Assembly: GCF_009914755.1 (NCBI RefSeq)
Contig: NC_060928.1
DNA: 64,000 bases
Strand: one strand, 5' to 3'
From: the human T2T-CHM13v2.0 reference genome, Homo sapiens
The translations under genes were made by a program, and so were the position numbers. The notes under the pieces are model-generated. The model had not been told where the DNA came from. It saw nothing but the letters and a program-made list of their open reading frames with translations, and made no database searches. Positions 26,123-40,287 of this stretch are shown here, in pieces (position 1 is the first letter of the stretch; every line of letters starts with the position of its first letter).

Positions 26123-27931
26123 TATATATATACATATATATATATATAGTGCATGAGGTTTATATAAAAGAGCTCTAATTATTTGGCTTAAAAATAACAA
26201 GCATTTAAATCAAACATATTATCAGATAATTAGAAACTTTAAAGCCTTTAGCTCATGTGACACCAATAATCTTTGAAAAATAAAGGCAGTTAAAGATTAT
26301 CAGTAAAGTAAAATGAAAATACCATCTCCAAAATTCAGACATTTGGTCTAAATTAGGCAGGACTGATACTGTTTGCTAGATGCTTTAAGGTCATAAACTG
26401 CCTTTATGACTTATAATAATTATGTGACTTGTCTGTTTTACAGTCATTAGATTCTAGGTAAGTCCTAGTGACATATGAAGTTAGCCAGGTCCCCTGGGTA
26501 GGCTGGGAAGAGTCAGATATTGGTCTGCAGTTCTGTCTTTGTCCTGTGCTCTACAATCAGATACAGGTTAAAATTGCTTACTTACCAAGTTTTTCACCAA
26601 AAATAAAAGTTGCTGAGAGTTAACCTTGTAAATGTGTAATTGCTGAAAGATAACATTGTAAATGTATAATTATAAATGTGTAACATATGAAATATGTAAT
26701 TTAGTTAACATTGTAAATGTGTAATTGGTGTATAAGGAAAGTTGAGTGTGTTTTTGGTAAAAGGTTACGAGAAGATATGAAAATATCGTTTTTATTAAAG
26801 GCAATGCAATTTTGTCTAGTTCAGAGGTTTTTAAGGATTGTGATAAGCTAAAAGAATAATAAGACAAAATTAGCAGCATGCTTCCAAATTAGCAGCATGC
26901 TTCCAGTCAAGGGGCTGGGTGGAGTCCTGAATCCCCTGCCCCAGTTTCAAATGGCTCCATATACAGCTGAGTCTGAGCTGAGCAAAGCTCCTATAGTGCC
27001 ACACATACAAAAAATACAAATGCATAAAATGCTCAAATAGAGTTACTAGAGGCCAAGTCTAAATAGAGCAGGGCCCCAGTGACACCTGAAAAGAGGCATA
27101 GGGTGGTCAGATGCACTCCAACCTGTTTGTTCAGTACCAAAGCTTGCTGGCTTCTTCAGAGTTCACTTTATTTTTACCAGTGAAATGCTGGAGGTAGCAG
27201 ACATTGTGCCAGGAGGGGAAAAGGAGGTTCCCCAAAACAAAAGTGTTTTTGGAAGCTGCTTGGGAGTTCTCTAATGTTCATTTTATGGGTTCCACTAGCC
27301 ACTAGCAGCTGGTGCTCAGAGGTGACCCCATGACTCACCCAAAGTGAAAATTGGCTGTCAGGCTTGGATTCACCCAGAGTGGCCACCAAAACTGTGACCA
27401 TAATGCAGGTTCAGTTGCTCATCACTTGAAGAGTTCAACTAACAAGAGTGAGGTCTGGTCTAAAGAAAGTGATGTTTTATGTCAAAGTTAGCTTAGGGGA
27501 AGAAATATAGGCTCCTGCTTTAAGGGTATCTCTTTGCTTTTGGAGAGAAAGCAGGTGCTTTAAAAGAGGACTTGGCATGAATGGCATGCAGGGGAGGGAA
27601 ACACAGGTGGGAGTCCCTGTGACTTGCTTTGGTGCCTTATTTACCAGGTGGTTGAGTTGGCACCATTGCAGGCAGAACTAAGTTGTACTTTTGGTTGGAC
27701 ATTGACTATTGTCTCTTGAGGCAATCTCCTGAGAGAGAGTTCTGCTCTGAGGCTGTCAAGTAAGCACTTGGTTAGATAAGCTTGCCCTGTAGGGAGTGTC
27801 TAGTGAAGGGAAGGTAAAATGTTATAATTATATTTCTAAAAAGCTAAGCAGAAAGTGGGGAACAGGGAAAAAGGCAGAAAAAACAAGAGTGAAAAAAATA
27901 TATCTTACAAAAATGGGGGTACTCAGTTACA
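23251..27931 (-). mobile_element. Non-autonomous ERV1 provirus (MER101/LTR39-like LTRs, MER4-group internal region)
   Basis: Two homologous LTRs of about 540 bp (23251-23791 and 27393-27931; roughly 80% identical over the first 100 nt). On the minus strand a PBS-like tggtggccac follows the 5' LTR and a PPT-like gtggggaat precedes the 3' LTR. TSD tctc/tctt. No gag/pol ORF. Confidence 0.88.
26076..26148. repeat. (TG)n/(TA)n microsatellite
   Basis: tatatatgtgtgtgtgtg...gtatatatgtatatatatatacatatatatatatata. Confidence 0.95.
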
Positions 27932-28561
27932 TCTTTTTGGCATAAGGATTATTTTGAGCTATTTTGAGAGACTGCAATCCCAGGAGAAGTTTGAGAAGAA
28001 CAACAGTAGAAGTTACCATTTGGTAAGGGAAATTTACATCTATAAAGGAAATCACCACTTGTAAATGTCTCTCTCTCTCTCTCTTTCTGTACCAGGAAGA
28101 AAATAAGATTCTAAATCACTGGAACATCTTATTAATGGAGAAGGCACGGACTTAAATCTGCATAACAAACCTTACCTTTGTTTGTCCTTTTTCTGGTCAT
28201 CTCAACATCCTTTTTTTCTTTGCTTCAGTTGAAGATGGTATTTAGGCCTGAATTCAAAGCCATTACTTTCAGATTTATTCATTTTCCAATTATCTCCCAT
28301 ACATATATATGATATATGTGTTATTAAACTTGTTTTCTTTAATTTTGTTAATCTGTCTTTTGTTTCAAAGGCCTGTTCCAACTAAGAACTATAAAGGGTA
28401 GAGAGAAAATTATTTTTCCTCCCCTACAGTTTCTTCTCTCAGTCTAGTTTCAACTTTTCTCTTTCCTTACTGTTCTGATCACCTGCTGCTAGGCAGACCT
28501 AGAAAATTCATAAATTTTCTTAAAGCAAGATAAGAAGGGTCGGGGTGGAATAATAAAATAA

Positions 28562-28872
28562 ACTGGGCACGGTGGCTCATGCCTTTAATCCCAGCATTTT
28601 GGGGTGCCAAAGTGGGCAGATTGCCTGAGGTCAGGAGTTCAAGACCAGTCTGGCCAACATGGTGAAACCTTGTCTCTACTAAAAATACAAAAAAATAAAA
28701 TAAAATTAGCCGGGTGTGGTGGTGTGCACCTGTAATCCCAGCTACTCAGGAGGCCGAGGCAGGGGAATTGCTTGAACCAGGGAGGTGAGGATGCAGTGAG
28801 CCAAGATCATGTCACTGCACTTCTGCCTGGGCGACCGAATGAGACTCCATCTCAAAAAAAATAAATAAATAA
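28562..28872 (+). mobile_element. AluS (Sx-like) SINE
   Basis: ctgggcacggtggctcatgcc...cctgaggtcaggagttcaagaccag...gagactccatctcaaaaaaaataaataaata. Confidence 0.95.
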
Positions 28873-29141
28873 CACTTTTGGATCTTGTTGCAATGGTACT
28901 TTAATATAGTTATTTGTTTGTACTTCAGGTTTCCTTACTGGGCTCTTATTTCCTCAATAAGTTGGGTGGAATTCTGATTTCTATTTTCTCCACAGTCTAG
29001 CAGGGTATACAGATCATGGAAAGTGATTTTAATATTCTATTGAATGTATATATTTGGAGAAGAGGCTAGCATGTGATAATATAAAATTAAGGCCATGTTT
29101 AATATTGGCTGTCAGTCTTAGCAAAAGATATAAAAATGCTG

Positions 29142-29312
29142 TAGACTACAGCTTTCCAACCAGAAGCAAGGCTCAGGGACCAGCAGTTTCCATATCACCA
29201 AGCTCATTAGATGTGCAATCTCTGTCCTACCATAGACTGAACTAGAATCTAAATTTCAATAGAGAGCACATGGAATTGGTAAGCACATTAAACTTTGAAA
29301 AGCATTGTTCTA
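29142..29312. mobile_element. MER5-type hAT MITE, degraded
   Basis: gaccagcagtttccatatcacc...gcacattaaactttgaaaagcattgttcta. Confidence 0.5.
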
Positions 29313-31262
29313 AACTGATCAAACATAATTTCTCCTTTAGTCAACAACATAATTCTCAATGGGCCCATCATTTCACCAGTTCATATTTTCTTACAGCACT
29401 TTTATTACTACTCCTTAAGATTCTGTTGTACAAAATCTGCTGTAACATAGAACAAATGCCAATTGGACAATGAAAAAAATGAAAATTTGAGGATAAGTGG
29501 GAAAAATTTGAGGTACATAGATAGACTCATTAAGGATGAGAACTATATTTCCAATGAATCTCCAGTGCCTAGCAGTGAACTTGAAATCTGGAATGCAATT
29601 GGAACTCAGTAAACATTTATTTGTTAACTGAATGAATGGAGAAAGTCCATTGACTCATTATGGTGCTTTTCCTAAAAGAAGTGTGCAATTTTTTTTTAAG
29701 TTATTGCTTCCCAAATATTATTTATCTGTCATAATGGAGCTTCACTAATGATGGATAGTTGAGTGTCTTCTTTATATCCATTATATTTTGATGGTTTCCT
29801 CAATTACATTTATTAACATGCAGCAAATTGCTCTTGCTTCTTGACTAGAACTTAATGAATTATGTAGGTTCATATGATATTTACCTATTCACTATTCAAT
29901 AGCAGTGATCTTTTAGACAGAAGTGTACTTGCTTCTATAAACCAAAAATCATAAAGCTTTAGCTTTGTGTTCTAAATTTGGAAAAAACATTCTTTTTCAG
30001 GTTATCTGAGTTTGCCCTGCTACTTTCACTTGAGAATTTTGCCTTTGATACTAGAATGGGGTCTGATAATTGTGGACCCAAAATGGTAGGTGAAATATGA
30101 GGTAGAGCTAGGATGGGAGTGGTTAGTATAATACAGGAGGAGAGCTAGCAGGGACTCTCATTGCATTAATTACTATTCTGCTTGTTTGGAGGGGAAATTG
30201 TCTACAAGCAGGGGTTGGACATGCACAAATATGTGTTGCAGGCTGATTTTTAACTTTTAACTAGTTTAGTTTTTGCATACTCAGATCACTTATTGAAATG
30301 TCCTCATCATGTACCCGTCCTCCGATTTCTTCGTTTCAACACATGATTTATTTCTTCATATGGGTGTTGCCCAAACTAGCTTCAAGCTTAGAAAGTGTCT
30401 GATAGAGCTATTCATAATTCCACGCTAGGAGCTGTAAAGGCTTAACTGAAGCAAATAATTACCAGAAATGTTTACATTTTAATTGAGATAAGTTCTTAAT
30501 AATCCAAAGTCAAATATTCTTAATGAAGAAATTTGAATGTAGGGTCAGGGATGAGAGGAAATAAGATTTCTCTTAGAATTCAAAATGATCCCAGATGATG
30601 GACATCTGGTTGGAAGATGTAATGTGAATATGCTAATTAAACTATGTTTTAAACTTAATTCCTCAGTCCAAATATTAAAGAGTAACATTGGTTCAACGGA
30701 ACTTACCTCTAAATGACTGCTTACTTATAAAACACCATCTAGACAAATATTTCAAATATTAAGTTTTAAAATGAAAACGTAAGTTACGAAGTTTTGAAAG
30801 TTATGGGAGAGAAAGAAAACTCTAAAACATAATGATGCTTTCAACCTATAATGCTATCTTTCTTTGTGCCTTTAGTGTCCTCTCTCATTTTCTTTTTTAC
30901 ACTAAAACTTATACAAGTGGGATAGTTTATGGTATTAATATTATCTTCTTTCTTCAATTTGTAATAATAGCTCAATGCCATTCAAACACTTTGACTGTTA
31001 GCCTATGAATTTTGTGTTCTCAGATGGTGACTTTTTATTGATCTACAATAAGCCATTTATAACTTTATTAAGGCAAACTTGGATCATGTAGGAAGCTTCC
31101 TTTATAAAATGGTAGCCTCAAAGTACATCAACAGGCAAGCTACCAGTGAGAACGCAAAACAGGAAGTTCATATATAACATATATAGCCTGTGAGATCACA
31201 AAACAAGTTTATATATAACGTTGCTTGAATCACATAGTTTATTAAATATTAAAATTTCTTCA

Positions 31263-31808
31263 ACTGATGATTAATTTTGTGTGTCAACTTGAGTGGGCCA
31301 TAGGTGCCCAGATTAAGTGTTGCTTCTGGGTGTGTCTGTGAGGGTGTTTTGGAATAAGATTGGCAATTGAATCAATGGACTAAGTGAAGCAAATTGCCCA
31401 TTCCAATGTGGTTGGCATCATCCAATCGGTTGAGGATCTTAAGAGAATAAAAGGTCTGAAGAAAGGAGAACTTCAGCGTCACTTCCCTTCATTTTCTACT
31501 TCAGTATTGAATTGAGACATTTTATCTCATCTTCTTTTGCCCTTGGTCTAGGATTTACATCATCAGCATCCTTGGTTCTCAGGCCTTTCAACTTGGACTA
31601 AATTACATCACTGGCTTTCCTGAGTCTCTAGTGTCCAGACAGCAATTTATGGGACTTCTCAGCATATATATACACACATATATATACACACATACATAGA
31701 ACCAATAGAAAATTATATATATACATATATACGTATATATGTGTGTGTATATATGTATATATATAATTTTCTATTGGTTCCGTTTCTTTGGAGAACTGTG
31801 ACAGAACA
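31263..31808 (+). mobile_element. MLT2 (ERVL) solo LTR, MLT2D-like
   Basis: tgatgattaattttgtgtgtcaacttgagtgggccat...catcatccaatcggttgagg...ttctcaggcctt...ctattggttccgtttctttggagaac. Confidence 0.88.
31699..31780. repeat. Perfect 34-bp inverted repeat with 14-nt spacer
   Basis: gaaccaatagaaaattatatatatacatatatac (31699-31732) is the exact reverse complement of 31747-31780. Confidence 0.97.
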
Positions 31809-33182
31809 TAAACTTTTATACTATTTTAGTGCTTTTGTAACAAGAATGGAAATCATACAAAACGCTGAAAAAATAAAAGCAAGGAAAAAGAATTGGATAA
31901 TATAATACATATAGAATAGAGTGCAAGCTCGTAGAAAGCTGAATACTGGAGTATGCAATATTCACGTATCTCTGCTCCATCAGCCTTCTTTGCTGATGGT
32001 GTGGTTAGAAGAACTAGTGTAGACGTTGGAGCAAGTGAGTCCACATATGAAAAATGCCTTGGGCCAATGACCCACATTTGCTTATCAGAGAAAAGCAGAG
32101 GCATGAATGCTTGGCACAGCTTGGCCTGCCAATTAGCCTGCTGAACAGCCATGAGTTTTATTTATGGGTCTAGAGTAGGGCACACATACAACTGGAATGT
32201 GTCCCTGTTCAGAATAACTAATGTGTGCCTGTTTTAGAAGAAATTGTCCTCAGCCTAGAGGTCACGTGATCATAGCTCGGTCTTACCATTTCTTCCTGTA
32301 TGTTAACATTCTTCTTTGTTCCATTCTATCTTCTACTTATTCATCCTACCTTTAACATGTTTTATAGGTTACTAACTTACCATGCACATTTAACATATAT
32401 GTTGAATTTTGCCAGCTACTTTGTTACTCATTCTTTATATTTGACATATCCTATGAGCTTTATTTCTATTTAATAAGCTTCTAGCTTATTTACTATTTTT
32501 ACTATTTCTTATGAATTTTGTTTATCCCATTTCCTTTAATTCCTTAGCAGAAATACATTTTCTTTAAAAATCCAGCAAAGGAAACAATACAATTTGAATA
32601 TGGCATTTCATCATTAATAAACTATTTTTTTTAATCTTTGGAGGATATTTATTTAAGAAGACACTGCACAAACTTTTCTACAAAATTAATTATGTTAGTA
32701 AATAGTGTTAATGTTAACACAATGCTAGTGTTAATGGTATCAGTATTAACATAATATCAGTATTAATGTGAATGAAAACACCAAGAGAGTTAGGATTGAG
32801 AGTGCAAATGCTGTACTGGAATCCCAGTCATTGTTGGATGTGTGCTGAAGAACAGGAGAAACCATGAAAATCAACTCACACATGTTTCTCTTTTCACTAT
32901 GATAGTTTGTTTTAAAAACTTTTCTGTGATTACCAGGTTTTGTTTGTTACAAAAAATACCAAAACTTTAACAGGATAGTTAAAGGAATTTCAAGAAACAA
33001 CCATCTCGAGCATGTCAGTTGGGAAAACATTTTGGTGTCAAATACTTCCTTCATGCTGCCTGCTAAAATGCCTTCCTGAAACTGTATGTCTGTTCACAGA
33101 AACATTCACCATGCAAAAATTGGTTCACAAGTTTTCAACTCATCAAGCTAAAGATTGGTGATTAGGTCTACAACCCATACTC

Positions 33183-33420
33183 AGTGTAGTGTAGTGCTTG
33201 TGACTGAAGATGCTGGAGTCAAACATCGTCACTTCAAACCTCAGCTCTTCCTCTCACTGGTTGAGTCTACTTAATTCCTTCCTGGCTCAATTTCCTCACC
33301 ACAATGTCTTTCCAAGTAAGAATATAGGTTACATAGAGCAAGATTCAAAAGGGAATTATGAGGGCTAAATCAAATAATGCCTATCTTCATATAAATGTAT
33401 TTAATTGCTGAGGCTTCAGT
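33183..33420 (+). mobile_element. MIR SINE, degraded
   Basis: agtgtagtgtagtg...gctggagtcaaac...ttcaaacctcagctcttcctctcact...ctcaatttcctcacc. Confidence 0.55.
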
Positions 33421-34091
33421 AAACGACCCCTGCTGAAACCAAGGACTTTAAGACTTCATGTTGACATTTTCTTGGTCAGTATATATTATTTTATATATGT
33501 TAGAGGTAGAAATGAGAAGATAAGTTTTTTCTTTTCCTTAATCATTGAAAAATTCACTGAACATTTACATTTTCAGAACACCTCAGCTCCTAATACTTTC
33601 ATTTTCTTGATTTATGTAGCTAAATGAGGAAATAGAAGGATTTTGAGTCTATATTTTCTAGAATAATGAAAGATTCTTTTCAGGTCATTTTAAACTTTTT
33701 TACTTCATTTTAATTTTGTACTCTTGATATTAAAGTGTCCTTGTGACCATTCATTTAAATAATATTTCAGTCTTCTCTAATCAGTGTAATTATATCCTAA
33801 TGTTTTATATTACATTTTCCTAAGTATCATTTTTATGTTGCTATTAAAATTTTATTGGTATACTATGTCACTATATTTTTCATTTTCAACCTTATCTAAC
33901 CAGGTATCATAAAGAAATATTTTAAAACTATACTAATATTTAATTTTTTAACTGTGTAATATTTTTAAACTCTATCATTTGCTTACAGTAAACATTGCTA
34001 AAAGCAAGTTGATCAACTTACTGATCGCAATAAAACTTAATCATCTTTCTAAGTAAACAGCTCTCATCTACTGTTAGTTTATCTGATAAAG

Positions 34092-34260
34092 GGAGATATA
34101 CCTAATGTAAATGACGACGAGTTAATGGGTGCAGCACACCAACATGGCACATGTATACATATGTAACAAACTTGCACGTTGTGCATATGTACCCTAGAAC
34201 TTAAAGTATAATAAAAAAAAAAGTAAAAAAATAAATTAGGAGTCAGGTTAAAAAAAAAAA
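34092..34260 (+). mobile_element. Short L1PA5-like 3' end with two A-tracts
   Basis: ggagatatacctaatgtaaatgacgacgagttaatgggtgcagcacaccaacatggc...ccctagaacttaaagtataat, A-tract, ttaggagtcaggtt, second A-tract. Confidence 0.9.
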
Positions 34261-34294
34261 GAAAACTTTCTCCGCAGTATCAGGAATATTTCAT

Positions 34295-36470
<2,176 letters not shown>

Positions 36471-36474
36471 GAAC

Positions 36475-36875
36475 CTATCATATGATGCAACCAGTCATAG
36501 TACCCAAGAGAAGTTAAGGCACACATTGATACAAAGCTGTTTTGTGCAAATGTTCATAAGAGCTCTAATTGTGACAGCTAAATATCAGTAACAACCTAAA
36601 TATCTATTCCTTTGCCTGTGGTCAATATCCAGTTGCTTAGCCTCTAAAGTGATGGAAGAGATTCAGTAGTTTTCTGGAGACAAGGGTGGAGGAACAAGAG
36701 GGAGGATCACAAAGCAGCAAGAGCAAACATTTGGGATGATTAATATGTTCTTTATCTTGATAATGCTGATAGTTTTATGGGTATGCACATATGGTGAAAC
36801 TTATTAAATTGTATACTTTAAATATGTTTGGTGTATTGTATGCCAATTAAACTCATTGCAGTGTTTTTAAAGAGA
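36475..36875 (+). mobile_element. Old L1M (L1ME/MC-like) 3' end
   Basis: gcaaatgttcataagagctc...aacaacctaaatatct...aaacttattaaattgtatactttaaatatg...tgtatgccaatta. Confidence 0.6.
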
Positions 36876-37041
36876 AAATAAAGTGAAAGAACAAAGAAAT
36901 CTGAGCTCTTAGCTCTCAAATAAGAATATCACATGCTTGTTTTGAATTTAAATATTCTAACTTGAAATCTTGCTTGATATAAAACCTTAGCTTGAGGCCC
37001 ACCGAGATGTGTTTTCATTGACTGGCATTGAAACTCCTCCG

Positions 37042-37237
37042 TGTTTCATCCTTATAGTTACTCAAGTATCCATTGCTGGATGAATAATTCTACTCAGCCT
37101 TTCATCCACCTGTAATTTTTCACTCGTGGTAATTGGATGCAAATTGGCTAGTGTTAATCATCAGATGTCTCTAATTAAAAACAGAAACTGGAAATGTTGT
37201 TATGAATATTGGAAGAAATGAATAAAGCAGATCAGGA
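37042..37237 (+). repeat. Left arm of a 196-bp inverted repeat (apparently unique sequence)
   Basis: tgtttcatccttatagttactc...gaataaagcagatcagga aligns without gaps to the reverse complement of 40288-40483 with 10 mismatches. Confidence 0.97.
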
Positions 37238-40200
37238 AATACTTCTCTATAGGGCCTCATGACTTACTCCTGAGTGTCATTAAACTGTAGCAGGTGAAGG
37301 TGCCCTGCTTGTATTGATGGCAGAAAAGAGACAGAAATAACCTAGAAGTCACATATGAAGTCAGTGTTTTCTAAAAATTGGGAAAGTATTCCTATAACTC
37401 AAGCACTTTTTTAAATTGAATAAATTAAGAACTTTGAAAAAGAAATTTAATTAGTCAAAAATTGGATTGGTATAATGAAATGCAGGTCAAATGGACAGTT
37501 AAAGCCTTTTAAAAAACTTGATTTCTAAAATAAAATGAAAACATGATGGATTAAAAATTTAATGGATATTTTCTGGAACCAAAGTCTCAAATTTCACAGC
37601 TTTTGGGATATAATAGAAAGTACTTGGTAGATTGAATATGATTTCATGCTCTAGGAGGATAATTAATCATAAATATCTTTCTGATTTAATTAAAATTTTT
37701 ACTTTTTAGGTTGCCCTGTGATTGCTGTCATTGATTTGGGCTTCTTTATAAAGGCTTTTTATAAATAGTCTTTAAAAGAAAGGAAAGCAGTTCTTTTATT
37801 ACTAATCCAAATAAATAGCTATGTTATTAATGTGATTGATTGATGATACATTTATTTGTTATCAGCTAATCACTTTTAATTAAGATTATAATCTCTCAAT
37901 ATTTGAAAGTTATTTGACATAAGTACTTCATTTTTACTTGTACATTGTCTGCATTTAATGTTTCTATATGGAATATTTTGTGTTAGGATTAATATTTTTA
38001 AAGGTTTAAAGATAGTGGCTGGTTTATGTATGAACCGTTCTATAATGAGCAACAGCTTCATAAGAGCCTTTCTAGCCAGCATCCTGCAGCAACATCTTCC
38101 TTCTTCCTTGCTACATAGGACCTGCTACATAGGAGCAATATTTGGTTCCCATATGCACTTTGGTCCAAGATTTGTCTTGGGTAATATCTAAGTGAGAATG
38201 GGACATTCAAAGCAAAACTAGAGTCTTCTCGGTTGCTTTCTTCTTGTCTGCTATGCCTATCTTCCTTATGTTGCCTCTCTTTGCGCCCTATTCTCTTCTA
38301 TCTAACTTCCTAGTGAACTAACTTCTATCTATCTTCCTGGCTCTGTGGATCCCAGACTCATTTCCCACTTCTGTGAAGAGTTGTTCAGGGTATCTCGGGA
38401 GCTAGGGGGCTAAGTTCCTGAGTTAGCTTCCCTGGGTACCCCGGTTCTGTTTCTTGGGAAAACCTCCCTCTCCATTACGTTCCCATGGCCTCTGATTATG
38501 CTCTCTGGAAGTTTCTTCCTTGTGACTTTCTCACCATGGAAATACCTGGAATGGACATGAGAGGACTTCTTCAGTCTACTTTCTCCCTGAGAAGGTTTAG
38601 GGTCTGAGGAATTGTTTTGAAGTTTGAATAAACACAGGTTTTTGAAAATCACACTTGAGATGGTTTTGTCTGTACAATTTCTTCAAAAAAAACGTAGTGC
38701 CTTTCTGGTCTATTTATTTTGGGCACTTCCATATATGATAACATGGCCAAATTATTGGGAAAATGATTTTTAAACCTTAGGACTGGTCTCTTGATTATTG
38801 GTCGGTTCTCTTGTTATCCAGAGACTGAAACAATGGACTTCTATAGGAAGGCAACATACTTAAGAAAGTGCAAGCAACTATCACAGATGCTCCAGTGATT
38901 TTGAGATTTCCCTACTTGCTTATTTTTAGTCCACACTACTTGTTTTGTAGCTTGAAATGGGTGAAAGCACTTGAGTGAGAAAATGAGGCTGACTTTTAAA
39001 CAAAGCTTACTTAAATAGATATGACTACTTAAATGTCTCCACAAATTTGCCAAGAGTGTTTTTGCAGCCTTATGAATTATTGTAATGTACTAAAATGTAA
39101 TGAAATTACCCATTAGATATTAATTAATATGGTAAGCATATTCCTCAACTCAATATTTGGTTAATCATCTAAGAATGTTTTTGTTTTTGCCACTTCTGAG
39201 TTATAATCATGCTAGGAAAATAACTTTGGGTGCTAAAATGTTGTATTTTGGAAAGTTTGGATAGTCTGTGAGGGCAATCAAAGTACTGTCAACACATCTC
39301 AGCATATGTGGTATTTTTCCTATAATATATTATGCAACTAATACTAATGTTTTAAAAGCTAGTCATTGTTATAGAAATATTTTTTCTATCCTATGCAAAA
39401 TAGCTTCCCTTATTGTCTTGGTGAATCATCTGCACATTTGACAGCAAATATTACTCAGGGCAGTAGGAAGAATGTAAATATGATATGGCTGTCTAATAAC
39501 CTATGTTAAACATACTAGAAATTATGTTAGGGGTCAAAATCACTAGTATGGTCTAAGAAAATAAGTTACTGATAAGCAGATCAGAGAACATGCACAACAG
39601 AATCTTTTATTGATGATATGAATGCTAATAAAGCGAAAGTGAAATGGGAGCTAATGTCTTAATTTGTAGACTATCTGTGAGATGTCACACTGAGCTGAGT
39701 TTTATTCTAATGAAGCATTGACCCTTGGAATGTGTCTAGTACTGACAGTTGAATCATTCTATTAACAAGGAAACGGAATACAGGAGAACTGATAGTCATC
39801 CACTTCCTCATAAATAACTTAAAAATGCCTGAGCAGCGGGGAGTCTGCTTTAATTTGTTTTCACTTCTATCTTATAAAACTGGTATCTCATCACATTTGT
39901 ATATTAAGTTAGTGCTGCAAATTCTAGGCCAGAAGGGTACTTACTGAATGCAATGCAATGATGATATTTGTGTACTCATTAATGCTGGGGAGCAGTTAGA
40001 GCAGCTAGCTGCAGATTTGTGATCAAAACTGTAACAACAGCAGCAGGAGAGTACCCAGGTCATTACTGAATAATAGTTGTTTCTATTCTACAAGGGATCG
40101 TGAAGAAGACAGGTCCATTAGGACCTGATTTATTTTTTCTTATTATTTGTCAAGCGTACAAATCAAATAATTTCCATGTTATTGATGAAGGAATTTTTAA

Positions 40201-40287
40201 CCAAACAATTCTGTGGTCTTCATAATTATCAGAGATACTAATAACAATCCCACATTTTTCTCCTGTGTGTCTGAATGGCCTAGAGAA

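Larger units (their letters stand above)
23172..28428 (+). mobile_element. MER34-family LTR split by the nested provirus (pieces 23172-23250 and 27932-28428)
   Basis: agaatatgccacctcaaaatatgtctc on the left continues as tttggcataaggattattttgagct on the right and ends at attatttttcctcccctaca. Confidence 0.8.

Noticed and set aside
31977-31999. Small hairpins (ccatcagc/gctgatgg here; caggtcc/ggacctg at 40110-40127)
   Set aside because: Stems of 7-8 bp occur by chance and are too short for a miRNA or other structured RNA call.
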